A DNA stretch of 64,000 bases from Eledone cirrhosa (lineage: Eukaryota): assembly GCA_964016885.1 (NCBI GenBank), contig OZ024750.1:9238001-9302000 (forward strand), written 5' to 3'. Shown one piece after another: positions 1-10,562 of this stretch. Position 1 is the stretch's first letter. Every line of letters begins with the position of its first letter. The notes beneath the pieces are model-generated. The model was not told the origin of the DNA. It was given only the letters and a program-made list of their open reading frames with translations, and searched no databases. A program made the position numbers and the translations under genes.

Positions 1-14
1 TAGCTTCGTTTATT

Positions 15-69
15 ACTGCTATATATATTTCAGTGACAGCCATCTTTGGCTGTGACCTCTTCAGGCAGT
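15..69 (-). ncRNA. Type I hammerhead ribozyme motif (mirror arm)
   Basis: Reverse complement of 293-347. Confidence 0.78.
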
Positions 70-292
70 TTGAATTAGTATGGTATAGACAAGTACAAAT
101 GTTGTTGAGGTGTATAATATTGTCAATACTCTGATATGCCCAGTTCCTTGTTGGGTTGTTATTTCACTGAGGAACTGGAATCATATATAATCGTATATAA
201 TAACAACCCAACAAGGAACTGGGCATATCAGAGTATTGACAATATTATACACCTCAACAACATATGTACTTGTCTATACCATACTAATTCAA

Positions 293-347
293 ACTGCCTG
301 AAGAGGTCACAGCCAAAGATGGCTGTCACTGAAATATATATAGCAGT
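293..347 (+). ncRNA. Type I hammerhead ribozyme motif
   Basis: ACUGC-CUGAAGA-GGUcACAGCCA(aaga)UGGCUGUcACU-GAAA-UAUAUA-UA/GCAGU; all core nucleotides present; predicted cleavage after 342. Confidence 0.8.
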
Positions 348-479
348 AATAAACGAAGCTAAATTTTAATCATTTGACTTTTATTTAACTTTATTTTTTA
401 TATATATATATATATATATCCGTCGAAACGGTTTGAGCTCTGCCGTCGGGGTCTTGAACATTTTCCTATATATATATAT

Positions 480-681
480 AACGAAGGAAATGTGGTAAAG
501 AACCAAACCAGGTGGACCATAACGCACCAAAGAACTCAATACTTAGAGTAGTAGAGTGGATAATAGGAACGAGTAGGACCCCGATGGCTGAGCTCAAGCC
601 GTTTCGACGGCTAATTCTGGAGTCCAGAATTAGCCGTCGAAACGGCTTGAGCTCAGCCGTCGGGGTCCTACTCGTTCCTAT
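480..681. mobile_element. Palindromic family A element (palindrome 563-681 plus tail); half copy at 420-467
   Basis: Inverted arms around centre 622; in (TA)n; GAAACGGC...GCCGUC resembles a hammerhead 3' half. Confidence 0.75.
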
Positions 682-710
682 ATATATATATATATTGTTT
701 ATATTTCCAG

Positions 711-871
711 ATGTATACTGACTGTAGCTGTCTAAATGTTGGCTCCACAGTTAGGTCTGGTTACTGTGATAATAACTGTGGTCAGAAGGTTATCTATTTT
801 TCAACTTTTCTTACCCTGTCGGCATTGTTTGGCACCATGAAAATTGTACCATGTTCCATAGCATTTATAAG
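711..871 (+). CDS. SLCO: SLCO paralog 1 internal exon (end of Kazal-like loop, TM10)
   Basis: ttccag|ATGTATACTGAC...ATAAG|gtgatt; 161 bp, phase 0 to 2; homologous to 22329-22483. Confidence 0.88.
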
Positions 872-3178
872 GTGATTTTTATTTTTCAAATTCGATCTTT
901 AAAATAGTATTTTGAAATATTATTTAACAATCAATATTATTAAATAATATTTCAAAATATTAAAGTCAAAGTTAACCTCAAATCCCGCCGAGGTTAACTT
1001 TGCCTTTCATCCTTGCGGGGTCGATAAAACAAAGTACCAGTAATACACTGGGATAATTGCTGCCTTGTGCCAAAAGTAGAAACCATTATTTAATAATCAA
1101 TATGCTGAGTTCAAATCCCGCCGAGGTTAACTTTGTCTTTCATCCTTACGGGGTCGATAAAATAAAGTACCAGTAATACACTGGAGTAATTGCTGGCCTT
1201 GTGCCAAAAGTAGAAACCATTATTTAATAATCAATATGCTGAGTTCAAATCCCGCCGAGGTTAACTTTGTCTTTCATCCTTACGGGGTCGATAAAATAAA
1301 GTACCAGTAATACACTGAGATAATTGCTGCCTTGTGCCAAAAGTAGAAACCATTATTTAATAATCAATATGCTGAGTTCAAATCCCACCGAGGTTAACTT
1401 TGCCTTTCATCCTTGCGGGGGTCGATAAAATGAATTACCAGTAATGTACTGGGGTCGATTTAATTGACTTTCCTCGCTCCCAAAATGTTTGGCCTTGTGT
1501 CTAAATCAGAAACCAATATTTATTACTTTTATATTTTCTTTTATTGAACAGAATGGTTGACACCAGAGATAAAAGCCTGGTTATAGGACTTTCGTCATTT
1601 TTGAGTTCTTTATTGGGTAAGTTAATATGAATTTCTTTACCATTTCCTAAAGATCCATCGTAAATGTTATTTCTGATTAAATATATGTATAAATACTTTC
1701 GGGTTTCAAAAATAATAGAGGAGAGGGTGGGGTAAGCGTGGGGGGGGGGGGGGGCATTTGCTTAAATTCTTATAAGCGGTGACGTGAGGGGTCCGTAGTC
1801 CGTAACTGTACGTTTGTAAATATGGGATTTCTTATAATGTTCTTTTTTTTTTTTTCATATATAATGTTTTTTAATGTAAAATAAAATTCTTATTAGATTC
1901 TCCAGCTGCTGTATCGATATGAATCACTTACAATAAAATTTCGCCGGAGATAGATTAACAAAATTTAATGGGTGGAGGGGGATAAAAGCGGTGGAGGGTT
2001 AGAAAAAAATCTGAAAAATTAATAAGCGGGGGTGGGGTCGTGACGATTATTCAAGACCTGAGAGTCCATGGATAATTCCATTTTTATGTCAACTGTTTTG
2101 TCAACCGCATGTTATTCTTATAACATGCGGTTCAATTGTTACATATACTTCGATGTCTTTCATTCCATAACTTAATGTAAGAGAAAGCATTCAGTCCCCA
2201 CTGGCTAGCCGCAGGTGTGAGCTTCGCGAGATGGAATGGCTCTTCCAGCGCATCTCCCTTACTATCCTCCGGGGAAACGCCTTCTCCATTCTGTCCGGGG
2301 CTGTGGGGAGGCCAGCACGTAGGACCCCATTTGTTCACCATATAGAGAGATAAGGAGGGCGAGAGAGATGGAGGTGATGACAGTGGGAGTTCGGCTCTTC
2401 CGTGTTCCGACCTGGTGTGCACCGCCAGTTGTCCGTAGGGAGATAGTGGTTTGTACTTAGCGAAGGTTTTTAAAACCTTGTGTTTGTGATTCCTGTACGT
2501 TTTATTATGTTGTGGGATTAACTTTTCCTTTCATCCTTACGGAGTCGATAAAATAAAGTACCAGTAATACACTGGGATAATTGCTGGCCTTGTGCTAAAA
2601 GTAGAAACAATTATTATATGTTGACTTCATCTACAATGTGTTTTAATTATAAAGAATAGTCTTCTGCCACTGCCTGACCATAAATGCATCACTATACAGC
2701 TAAATATATATATATATATATATATGGTAAGTTATATTTAAATTGTTGGGTTACAACCAGTAAATATTTATAACTGATATAAAAGCACTCGACAAGTATT
2801 TGGAGTATATTTACGATATTAAATAAATGGAAACTATATTTATAAAACCATATTTATTTCATTATATATATTTCAGGGATATCATATTAACAATATGCTA
2901 TGCCTTCCTCAGACAAAATACAATATAGACAGTTTTATAGATAAATAGATTTGACATACCGTTCAACATCGACTTGTATTTGAAAAGTTGATTTGGCAAA
3001 TCAACTTTTCAAATACAAGTCGATGTTGAACGGTATGTCAAATCTATTTATCTATAAAACTGTCTATATTGTATTTTGTCTGAGGAAGGCATAGCATATT
3101 GTTAATATGATATCCCTGAAATATATATAATGAAATAAATATGGTTTTATAAATATAGTTTCCATTTATTTAATATCG

Positions 3179-3210
<32 letters not shown>

Positions 3211-4574
3211 GAGAGGTTATATTTAATTTGTTGGGATTCAACAAGCTTAAACATTTTTATAACTGATATAAAGCACTCAACAGATTAGTGGAGTAAATAT
3301 ACAATATATTAAATGGAAACTATATTTATAAAACCATATTTATTTTATTATACATATTTCAAGGGCCACCAAGGCAAATTATGGTGCGCTTTCATCAGAT
3401 AAAATACAATACAGATTAGTTTTATAAATAAATATTGACATACCCTGAAAAAAGACAACCTTAACGGTTGGAGCTTCCTGGAAGCTCCAACCGTTAAGGT
3501 TGTCTTTTATAAATATAGTTTCCATTTGTTAATATATTGTATATATATATATATATATATTCTTACTGATTAGAAGCAAGAAATTGTTGCCCCACTTTAA
3601 ATAGACTCTAAAGAGGAATCTGTTTTTATCAACTCTACTTCGTGTGTCATTTGTCATTTTCGTAAATATCAATTGTAATCTATCTGTATATCCTAAGTTT
3701 CGAACAAACGAAAATCATTTATATAAAAGGATAAACAGAAGAAAAAAAATTAATAGTAAAATGAACGGATATATTCACAAGTACAGTCAGTCACAATTTG
3801 ACACAAGGAAAACTACCAATCTCTCTCTCTATCTATCTATCTATCTATCTGACCTGTGGGGCTATGTAGAACGACTATTGTCGCGGGTGGGACCAATCCA
3901 GTTGACCACCGAGTCCATTGTCATGATCAAACCGCCACCCTCCTTCAAAAACGAAGGAGAGGCGGTTTTCCTTTGTGTGATAGCTATGGCGAAAGAGGTT
4001 GTATGGTGGACAAGTTAAAAGGGCTGAGGTCAGACACCTTTCTCTCCGGCCAACAACTGATTCTTTTTTTCAAATACCACTTTGGAAGAAGAATCAGGAT
4101 GGAGAGAGAGGTGCTGTACCCCAGCAAGTTTTATGAAAGGTGGGTGAAAGTGGCGAGAATGGCCCGAGTGAATGGGCCTTCTCTCTATATCAGCCTGTAG
4201 GTTGAGGAAAAGGAGGAGGAGAGGAAAGGAGTACAAGCTCTTCGTACTCCTGGAGATGAGGGTTGCACATTTTTTTTCGGGGGTATGTGTTACCCATATA
4301 AACTGTCTCCCTCTATTGGGGAAAATCGACTAACTTTTTAAATTGCATTTGTGATAACATTTTACACGTTTTTATTGTATGTAAACTTCCCCCTTTGTAT
4401 TTGTCCCCTTCTTTTGTGCCCCTGTGGCTAATAAAGAAATATATCTATCTATCTATATATATATATCTCACTCTCTCTTTCTTTCTTTCTCTCTCCTACT
4501 CTCTCTCTCTCTCTCTTTCTTTCTCTCTCCTACTCTCTCTCTCTCTTTCTCTCTCTTTTTCTCTCTCTTTTTTT

Positions 4575-4605
<31 letters not shown>

Positions 4606-5043
4606 CACTCTCTCTCTCTCTCTCGTTCATTACCTGAGGTTTTCGGGATCCTCAGGTGGGACGACGAAGGCGAGCCAATTGGTTAGGACACTTACGCAGT
4701 GACAAAGATATAGAAGTCACATGACATGGCAATAAATTTCCCCAAATGTCTTTACCATATTTCTTCTTTTCTAGGTTGGACGTTCGGCCCTATAATCTTT
4801 GGAAAGATGATTGATACAACGTGTTTAATTTGGTCTTCTTCATCAACGACATTAAAGGGAGGCTCGTGTGTCTTTTATGACACCCGTCGAATGAGAAACA
4901 TGAATTTCTTAGTCAGTGTAGGCATGGGCATTTTTTGTTGCATCTTAATGATAATTGCTATATTTACATATAATAAGAAAGAAAAGAAGAAGAAACATCA
5001 AGTGGTAAACACTGTATACCAAAAGACTACTATTCCAAAATGA
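711..5043 (+). CDS. SLCO: SLCO/OATP organic anion transporter paralog 1, 3' part only (exons 711-871, 1552-1616, 4775-5043); upstream exons lie outside the window
   Basis: Three AG/GT-bounded exons splice in frame: MYTDCSCLNVGSTVRSGYCDNNCGQK...FGTMKIVPCSIAFIR / MVDTRDKSLVIGLSSFLSSLLG / WTFGPIIFGKMIDTTCLIWSS...GSCVFYD...stop. This matches the OATP post-Kazal region and TM10-12 (GPxIFGxxIDxxCLxW...C..YD). Exon phases, and the 65-bp exon size, are the same as in paralog 2. Confidence 0.92.
970..1516 (+). mobile_element. Tandem array of four 5'-truncated copies of the main tRNA-derived SINE (period about 134 bp)
   Basis: Repeated GTTCAAATCCCGCCGAGGTTAACTTTG.CTTTCATCCTT.CGGGGTCGATAAAA...GTACCAG...GTAGAAAC. 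Confidence 0.85.
1552..1616 (+). CDS. SLCO: SLCO paralog 1 penultimate exon
   Basis: aacag|AATGGTTGAC...TTATTGG|gtaag; 65 bp, RDKSLVIG motif; homologous to 23986-24050. Confidence 0.88.
2201..2490 (+). mobile_element. CRE-clade non-LTR retrotransposon 3' fragment
   Basis: Translates LASRRCELREMEWLFQRISLTILRGNAFSIL, the QRxSxxIxRGNA C-terminal motif of CRE restriction-like endonuclease elements. Confidence 0.72.
2851..2925 (-). ncRNA. Type I hammerhead ribozyme motif (mirror arm)
   Basis: Reverse complement of 3067-3141. Confidence 0.76.
3067..3141 (+). ncRNA. Type I hammerhead ribozyme motif
   Basis: UAUUgUAUUUUGU-CUGAGGA-AGGc...hairpin...cCCU-GAAA-UAUAUA-UA/AUGAAAUAAAUA; predicted cleavage after 3129. 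Confidence 0.78.
3211..3541. mobile_element. Related fold-back element with an internally deleted right arm (central palindrome about 3450-3508)
   Basis: Homologous to 2727-3180 and 26196-26460; bounded by (TA)n. Confidence 0.7.
3337..3411 (-). ncRNA. Type I hammerhead ribozyme motif
   Basis: UAUUUUAU-CUGAUGA-AAGcGCACCA...UGGUGgCcCUU-GAAA-UAUGUA-UA/AUAAAAUA. Confidence 0.78.
3851..4439 (+). mobile_element. L1/Tx1-clade LINE 3' fragment (ORF2 C-terminus and 3' UTR with AATAAA) within (TATC)n
   Basis: Frameshifted DLWGYVERLL...AMAKEVVWWT / LFFKYHFGRRIRMERE...FYERW resembles the Tx1/L1 ORF2 end; 3' UTR tail repeated at 20990-21038. Confidence 0.6.
4775..5043 (+). CDS. SLCO: SLCO paralog 1 last coding exon (TM11-12, C-terminus)
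   Basis: ttctag|GTTGGACG...; GPIIFGKMIDTTCLIW; TGA at 5041-5043. Confidence 0.92.
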
Positions 5044-5058
5044 AACCAGAGACTAATA

Positions 5059-5091
<33 letters not shown>

Positions 5092-5092
<1 letters not shown>

Positions 5093-5391
5093 TATATGAA
5101 GTATTACCGTAGGAAGGGTAAAGAAAAAGAGAGTGCTCTATGTATGCTACAGAGCTATTTAATTATGTAATAAACAACATACGACAATTATTCTATTTAC
5201 CAAAGGTTTCACAAAGACAGACGAGCTCAACAGAAACGTCTGAAATCAGTCATAAAAATTTAATATATTATTAAAAATTTAAATTTAATAAATTTTTATT
5301 CTGATGAGCAACTTCAGACGTCTCTGTTGAGCTCGTCTGTCTTCGTGAAACCTTTGGTAAATGGAATAATTGTCTTATGTTGTTTATTACA

Positions 5392-5397
<6 letters not shown>
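5092..5397. mobile_element. Fold-back element (arms about 5160-5245 and 5314-5397, tail on the left) between (TA)n tracts, just 3' of the SLCO paralog 1 stop codon
   Basis: Imperfect inverted arms; hammerhead motif spanning the spacer and right arm. Confidence 0.7.
5294..5366 (+). ncRNA. Type I hammerhead ribozyme motif
   Basis: UUUUAUU-CUGAUGA-GC...CAGACG/CGUCUG...GU-GAAA-CC(UUU)GG-UA/AAUGGAA; GUA cleavage triplet after 5359; base of stem II is weak. Confidence 0.68.
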
Positions 5398-5439
<42 letters not shown>

Positions 5440-5590
5440 CATGTAGAAATGTGTGAATGTGACAGATCGATCCCTATTTACAAAACTGAAATATGTAAAC
5501 TTGGTTACCATTTCAGTCTCATCAATGGTTTGCCGGTGTTTCAGTTTATATATATACATATATATACATATATATACATACATATATATA

Positions 5591-5628
<38 letters not shown>

Positions 5629-5754
5629 GTATGTGTAAAGTCACTCTACATAGGAAATTTTTAAGTTTCCATATTTATTTATTTTGAATAAATTGTTTCT
5701 TATGAAACATAATTCCTTTTTTTTTTTTATGTATCGCGACTTTTCGGCCACTCT

Positions 5755-5843
5755 ATACATGTGTGCATGTGTGTATATATATGCATGTGTGTGTGTATAT
5801 ATATATACATATGTATGTATGTATATATATATATGTATGAATG

Positions 5844-5877
<34 letters not shown>

Positions 5878-5975
5878 CATATGTATGTATATATATATAT
5901 GTATGAATGTATATATATATATATGTGTGTGTGTGTGTGCATATGTATGTATGTATATATATATATGTATGAATG

Positions 5976-6013
<38 letters not shown>

Positions 6014-6049
6014 CATATGTATGTATGTATATATATATATGTATGAATG

Positions 6050-6083
<34 letters not shown>

Positions 6084-6119
6084 CATATGTATGTATGTAT
6101 ATATATATATGTATGAATG

Positions 6120-6155
<36 letters not shown>

Positions 6156-6189
6156 CATATGTATGTATGTATATATATATGTATGAATG

Positions 6190-6220
<31 letters not shown>

Positions 6221-6246
6221 GTGTGTGTGTGCATATATATGTGTGT
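5755..6246. repeat. Compound (TA)/(TG) microsatellite with a higher-order unit
   Basis: Repeated GCATATGTATGTATG(TA)nTGTATGAATG(TA)n(TG)n. Confidence 0.9.
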
Positions 6247-6585
6247 AACTTATAAGGATTACATAACTTTTTCTATATAAAAAATACTATATATTTAAAG
6301 TCCATGAAATCTGAATTCAGCGTCTATTTTTTTATTATTTTTATTAAAACAATGACTCAATCTTGATTTATATTGTTTCATACTATTTGTAGAATTGTCC
6401 AGATACTTAGCATTTTCTTTTAGGTATGAAGTTGTATAATTATGAGCCTGTTGATATGACATATATAAACTGTAAGGTTTTTGTAGGTTACGAATGTATT
6501 TTTATTTTCTAAATAAGCATACGAAATAGAGCGTGGATTATAAGCAATACTACAGTACATGGTGGTATATTATCTTATTAGAAAT

Positions 6586-7240
6586 ATAATTGTTTCTACT
6601 TTTGGCACAAGGCCAGCAATTACGCCAGTGCATTACTGGTATTTTATTTTATCGACCCCATAAGGATGAAAGTCAAAGTTAACCTCGGCGGAATTTGAAA
6701 TCAGAACGTAAAGGGCCATAACTCTATGCTACGAAGCATGGTGTCTGACGCTCTACTGATACTGCCAATCCACCGCCCTAGTTAGATGAAATAATAGAAA
6801 TATTTCACTCGTGTGGCTTTTCAATTTATTTCATTTAAAATTTTTTTTTTATTGTAAACAAGGAAGATTTGTTTTTTACGATTAACAGCTTCAGAGTCTC
6901 GTCTTAATCAACCAACAGGCTAGAAATAACAACCAAATCTCCCACGTCTCATGGCGTGAGCGACCCCTCTAACTCATGCAAGCATGGAAAAATAGACGTT
7001 AAATGATTATGATATATATACTGCTAATCATCTTATACTTCCTAAGATAATCGTTTCTACTTTTGGCACAAGGCCAGCAATTATCCCAGTGCATTACTGG
7101 TACTTTATTTTATCGACCCTGTAAGGATGAAAGGCAAAGTTAATACGGCGGGTTTTGAACTCCGACTGCAAAGAGCCATAACTCTATGCTGCAAAACATG
7201 GTGTCTGACGCTCTACCGATTCTGCTTATCCACCGCCCTA
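6586..7240 (-). mobile_element. Two full-length tRNA-derived SINE copies (6586-6780, 7048-7240)
   Basis: Head with A box TGGCAGTATCGGTAGAG-like and B box GTTCAAATCC-like sequence; conserved central GCCTTTCATCC...GGGGTCGATAAAATAAAGTACC domain; AT-rich tail. Confidence 0.85.
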
Positions 7241-7629
7241 GAAATATAATGAAACAGTCAATGATTCTGGTGAGAAACGAATGTCGAACGTTTGTAGTTT
7301 ATGGCGATCTCAGTAAATAGGGAAAGAACTTCTCTCTCTCCTCAAAATGTGTGTATGTATGTGTGTGTGGGTGGGTGTGTTTATCAACAATAGTAAATGA
7401 TAAATTTAAACTACCTAATCAAGGGAGATTATAAATGCCAATGAAGAAGATAAGTAAGGTAATTACACGGAACCAGTTGTAAGGGAAATAACCCAATATC
7501 GTATTTGTTATGACTTTTGAACATTCTGAAATTGGAGAGGAAGGCAAACATTGACATACGATGATTCATATCTGCTTCTTATACACGTGTGCACGGGTAC
7601 ACGGTCAATGCAGACAGAGAAACAAACAT

Positions 7630-7666
<37 letters not shown>

Positions 7667-7713
7667 AGTAGAAGGGATATTTAATTTGTTTAATTGTATA
7701 TATATATATATAT

Positions 7714-8104
7714 AACAAAGAAGGTGTGGTAAGATACCAGGTGGGGGTAGTAGAGTGTAATAGGAAAAGAGTCAGGACCCCGACGGCTGAGCTCTGGCCG
7801 TTTCGACAGCTAGATCCGAACAGTTCGGATCTAGCTGTCGAAACGGCCGGAGCTCAGCCGTCGGGGTCCTGACTCTTTTCCTATATATATATATATATAT
7901 ATATATATAACGAAGGAAATGTGGTAAGGAACCAGATGGACCATAACGCACCAGAGTACTCAATACTTAGGGTAGTAGAGTGGGTAATAGGAAAATGTTT
8001 AACCCCGACGGCAGAGCTCAAGCCGTTTCGACGGCTATTTCTGAGTTCAGAAATAGCCGTCGAAACGGCTTGAGCTCTGCCGTCGGGGTTAAACATTTTC
8101 CTAT
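7714..8104. mobile_element. Two tandem palindromic family A elements (palindromes 7760-7884 and 7987-8104) separated by (TA)n
   Basis: Homologous to 480-681; near-perfect arms. Confidence 0.78.
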
Positions 8105-8789
8105 ATATGTGTGTGTGTGTGTGTGTAAATCCTATATTAATATCTACACCCTACTTAAGTATGGTGTACTAAGTTGAATAATGCTATCAGTAGTCAGCCG
8201 GGAATTGAACTCACAACCTTAAGATCATGAGAAGAATACCCTAACCACAAAGCCATGCACCTTCACATTCTAATATTACTATAGCAACGCTATATTTATC
8301 ATACAGGATACAGAAAATATCCAGCATTGCCTGTCTAACTCGTATGATGCGCATGCGTCTGACGATATAATTATTGAGTCTTTTAGCGTTTCACCGTTTC
8401 GAGACTTTCAAAGTCCCATCTTCACAATAAGGGCATATTGGTGGCGAATTCTTTATGTGATTTGCAGTGGTTACAAAGAATCATGGACGTAATAGTAAAA
8501 TATTTGTTGATCGTGTGTGTTCCTACTTCTCTAGTAATAAAATATGATATAATTCTATCAATTATTTGTTATGAATTATAAAATTTCACTATTCTGCTGT
8601 CAATTTAAATGATGTATGTACAGAAATAAATCTAATATATTTGGAAATTTCAAAAATAATTATAGATGTTATTTAAATGTTGTATTCGCGGCAATGTAAC
8701 TGTACAGAGATGTGCTTCGTTCATTAATCTATTCATTCAAACTTTCATGTAAATAACAATATGCTTGTACGGTAGGCCAACTGTATCAG

Positions 8790-9660
8790 GCTAGTGGGGA
8801 AAATAATTGCCGGTTTTTTTATTGTTTGAAAATTTGACACTTATTTTGGAATAAACAAATATTTAATTATGTTCGTGTAATATACCATTTTGGTGCACAC
8901 AGTTTGGTTTATTGATACTGGTGTGTGATTTTTTCTTTCGCTGTTTATTCTTGTTTATTTTAGACTGTCAAATTGAAGATAGCAAAACGCACGTTCAAAC
9001 TATTTTATTGTACGAGTCCAAAATCGAACGTACAGCGGCAGATGCTATTCACATTAGCGACCAAACATTTTCCCAAGCCTGTCAATAAAAATACGTTTTA
9101 ACGTTCACAGTGAAGACTTTTATAGTACAGACTTTCATAGTGCAGACTTTCATAGCACAGACTTTCATAGTACCTTCAAGATTAGGAAAGCCATGGACAA
9201 ATTGAAGGCCATTAATTAAAATTGATAGGACAAAAAAAGAGAAAGAAAAAGGAATTCAGCAAGTAGGTGCTGCATGAGCTGAACGAACTCAAGACATTGC
9301 CATAGTATAGTTTATCCTGCGCTTCTTTTGCGCCACAAGAACGGTCCATTTTTTTTATCGCTTTGTTACATATGACGAAAAATATTTTCTATACAACAAT
9401 CGTTAGCGTTCCAAAATGTTTTCCCAGCTCGAAGCTATATCAACGAAAGAATATAATATCTGTTGGGTGGTCTACAAGTGGAATAATCTATTATTAGTTT
9501 GTTGAATCCTGGCGAAGCTATAATAGCAGAAGCATTGCCAGCTAAACGATAAAATGTACGGCGAACTCTCAACCAAAAAGACGAATTCTTCTCTATGGCA
9601 GCACCAGACAACATTTCACAAAATTGAACGAACTGGATAACAAAACTTTATTTCACTAAT
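8790..9660 (+). pseudogene. Decayed mariner transposase relic
   Basis: Motifs in order with stops and frameshifts: K*VLHELNE (WVPHEL), VTYDEKYFLYNNR, WWSTSGIIYY, LNPGEAI, ILLYGSTRQH (LHDNARPH), KLNEL. Confidence 0.75.
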
Positions 9661-9667
9661 TTTTCCT

Positions 9668-9910
9668 CCTGGTGACACTTTTTCGATAAAGTGAGTAGCT
9701 CGGAGATTAGAGAGTCACTCAATTTAGAGCCTCTACTTCTCCGAATTGAGAGATCACAGCTCCAATACTACGAACATGTGCTTAGAATGTCTCAGGATAG
9801 AATCACAGGACAGATTTTACGGGCAAAAACTAAATGGCAGAAGATCCAAGGGTAGACCCTGAGCAAGATGGCTGGATAACATCCATGAGCTCGGCTGGTC
9901 TTGCTTGAGA
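9668..9910 (+). mobile_element. RTE-clade LINE 3' fragment (related 3' ends at about 36865-36975 - and 58430-58525 +)
   Basis: DKVSSSEIRESLNLEPLLLRIERSQLQYYEHVLRM...GRRSKGRP*ARWLDNI. Confidence 0.75.
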
Positions 9911-10269
9911 AGAATGAGGAGGAGGAGAAGAAGAAATCATAACAAGGTAAGAATAGACACATGCTTCTATTTGATTTTACATACAGATTTGTATTTCAGA
10001 AGAGATTGAACCGGTGTTTTAAGAGGTTGAACGGGCAGTGTATTGATGTGAGATGGCTATTTATGTTTTTACTAAAATACTTTTATTTGTGACCAATATA
10101 TCATTTGTGATATACGAGCAGCATCCTATTACAGAATGTACTCGTGTCTGTCAGTTAAAGAGCTTGCTTGTCACATAAAACTCTGGTATTTGAGTTTTCG
10201 TAGAAACTCATTCAACAATTTTATACGTTTATGGTAATACGTCAAACTTCTGACAAGTTAGTCAATCAT

Positions 10270-10562
10270 ATTGGTGGCCTCCCCACAGTCCCGGCGGACA
10301 GAATGGAGAAGGCAAGGGAGACGCGCTGGAAAAGCCATTCCAGCTCGCGAGGCTCACACCTGCGGCTGGCCAGCTCAGCGCCTATGGTGGTGAGTAGGGG
10401 GGGGGGGGCAGCCCTAGGGCCGAGAACACCAGAAGTCTCCACTGCCAAGGGTACGACTGCAAACCTGTGGGAGAGAGACCGGTATTTGAAGATTTTGGCC
10501 TCCTCAGCCCGACCTGCAGCAGAACCTGGGTTAGTCGCAGGCTGCTACTGGAGAAAGTATTT
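10270..10562 (-). mobile_element. CRE-clade non-LTR retrotransposon 3' fragment
   Basis: PGSAAGRAEEAKIFKYRSL...VVPLAVETSGVLGP...EPRELEWLFQRVSLA; nucleotide homology to 2201-2320. Confidence 0.78.

Larger units (their letters stand above)
1..361. mobile_element. Fold-back element (arms about 160 bp, left arm cut by the window edge) with a hammerhead motif in each arm; Penelope-like pLTR/retrozyme-type
   Basis: 1-160 is the near-perfect reverse complement of about 201-361; a (TA)n tract follows shortly after. Confidence 0.75.
2727..3180. mobile_element. Fold-back element: apparently perfect 369-bp palindrome 2812-3180 (centre 2996) plus unpaired tail 2727-2811, between (TA)n tracts
   Basis: Direct arm comparison; hammerhead motif in both arms. 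Confidence 0.8.
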
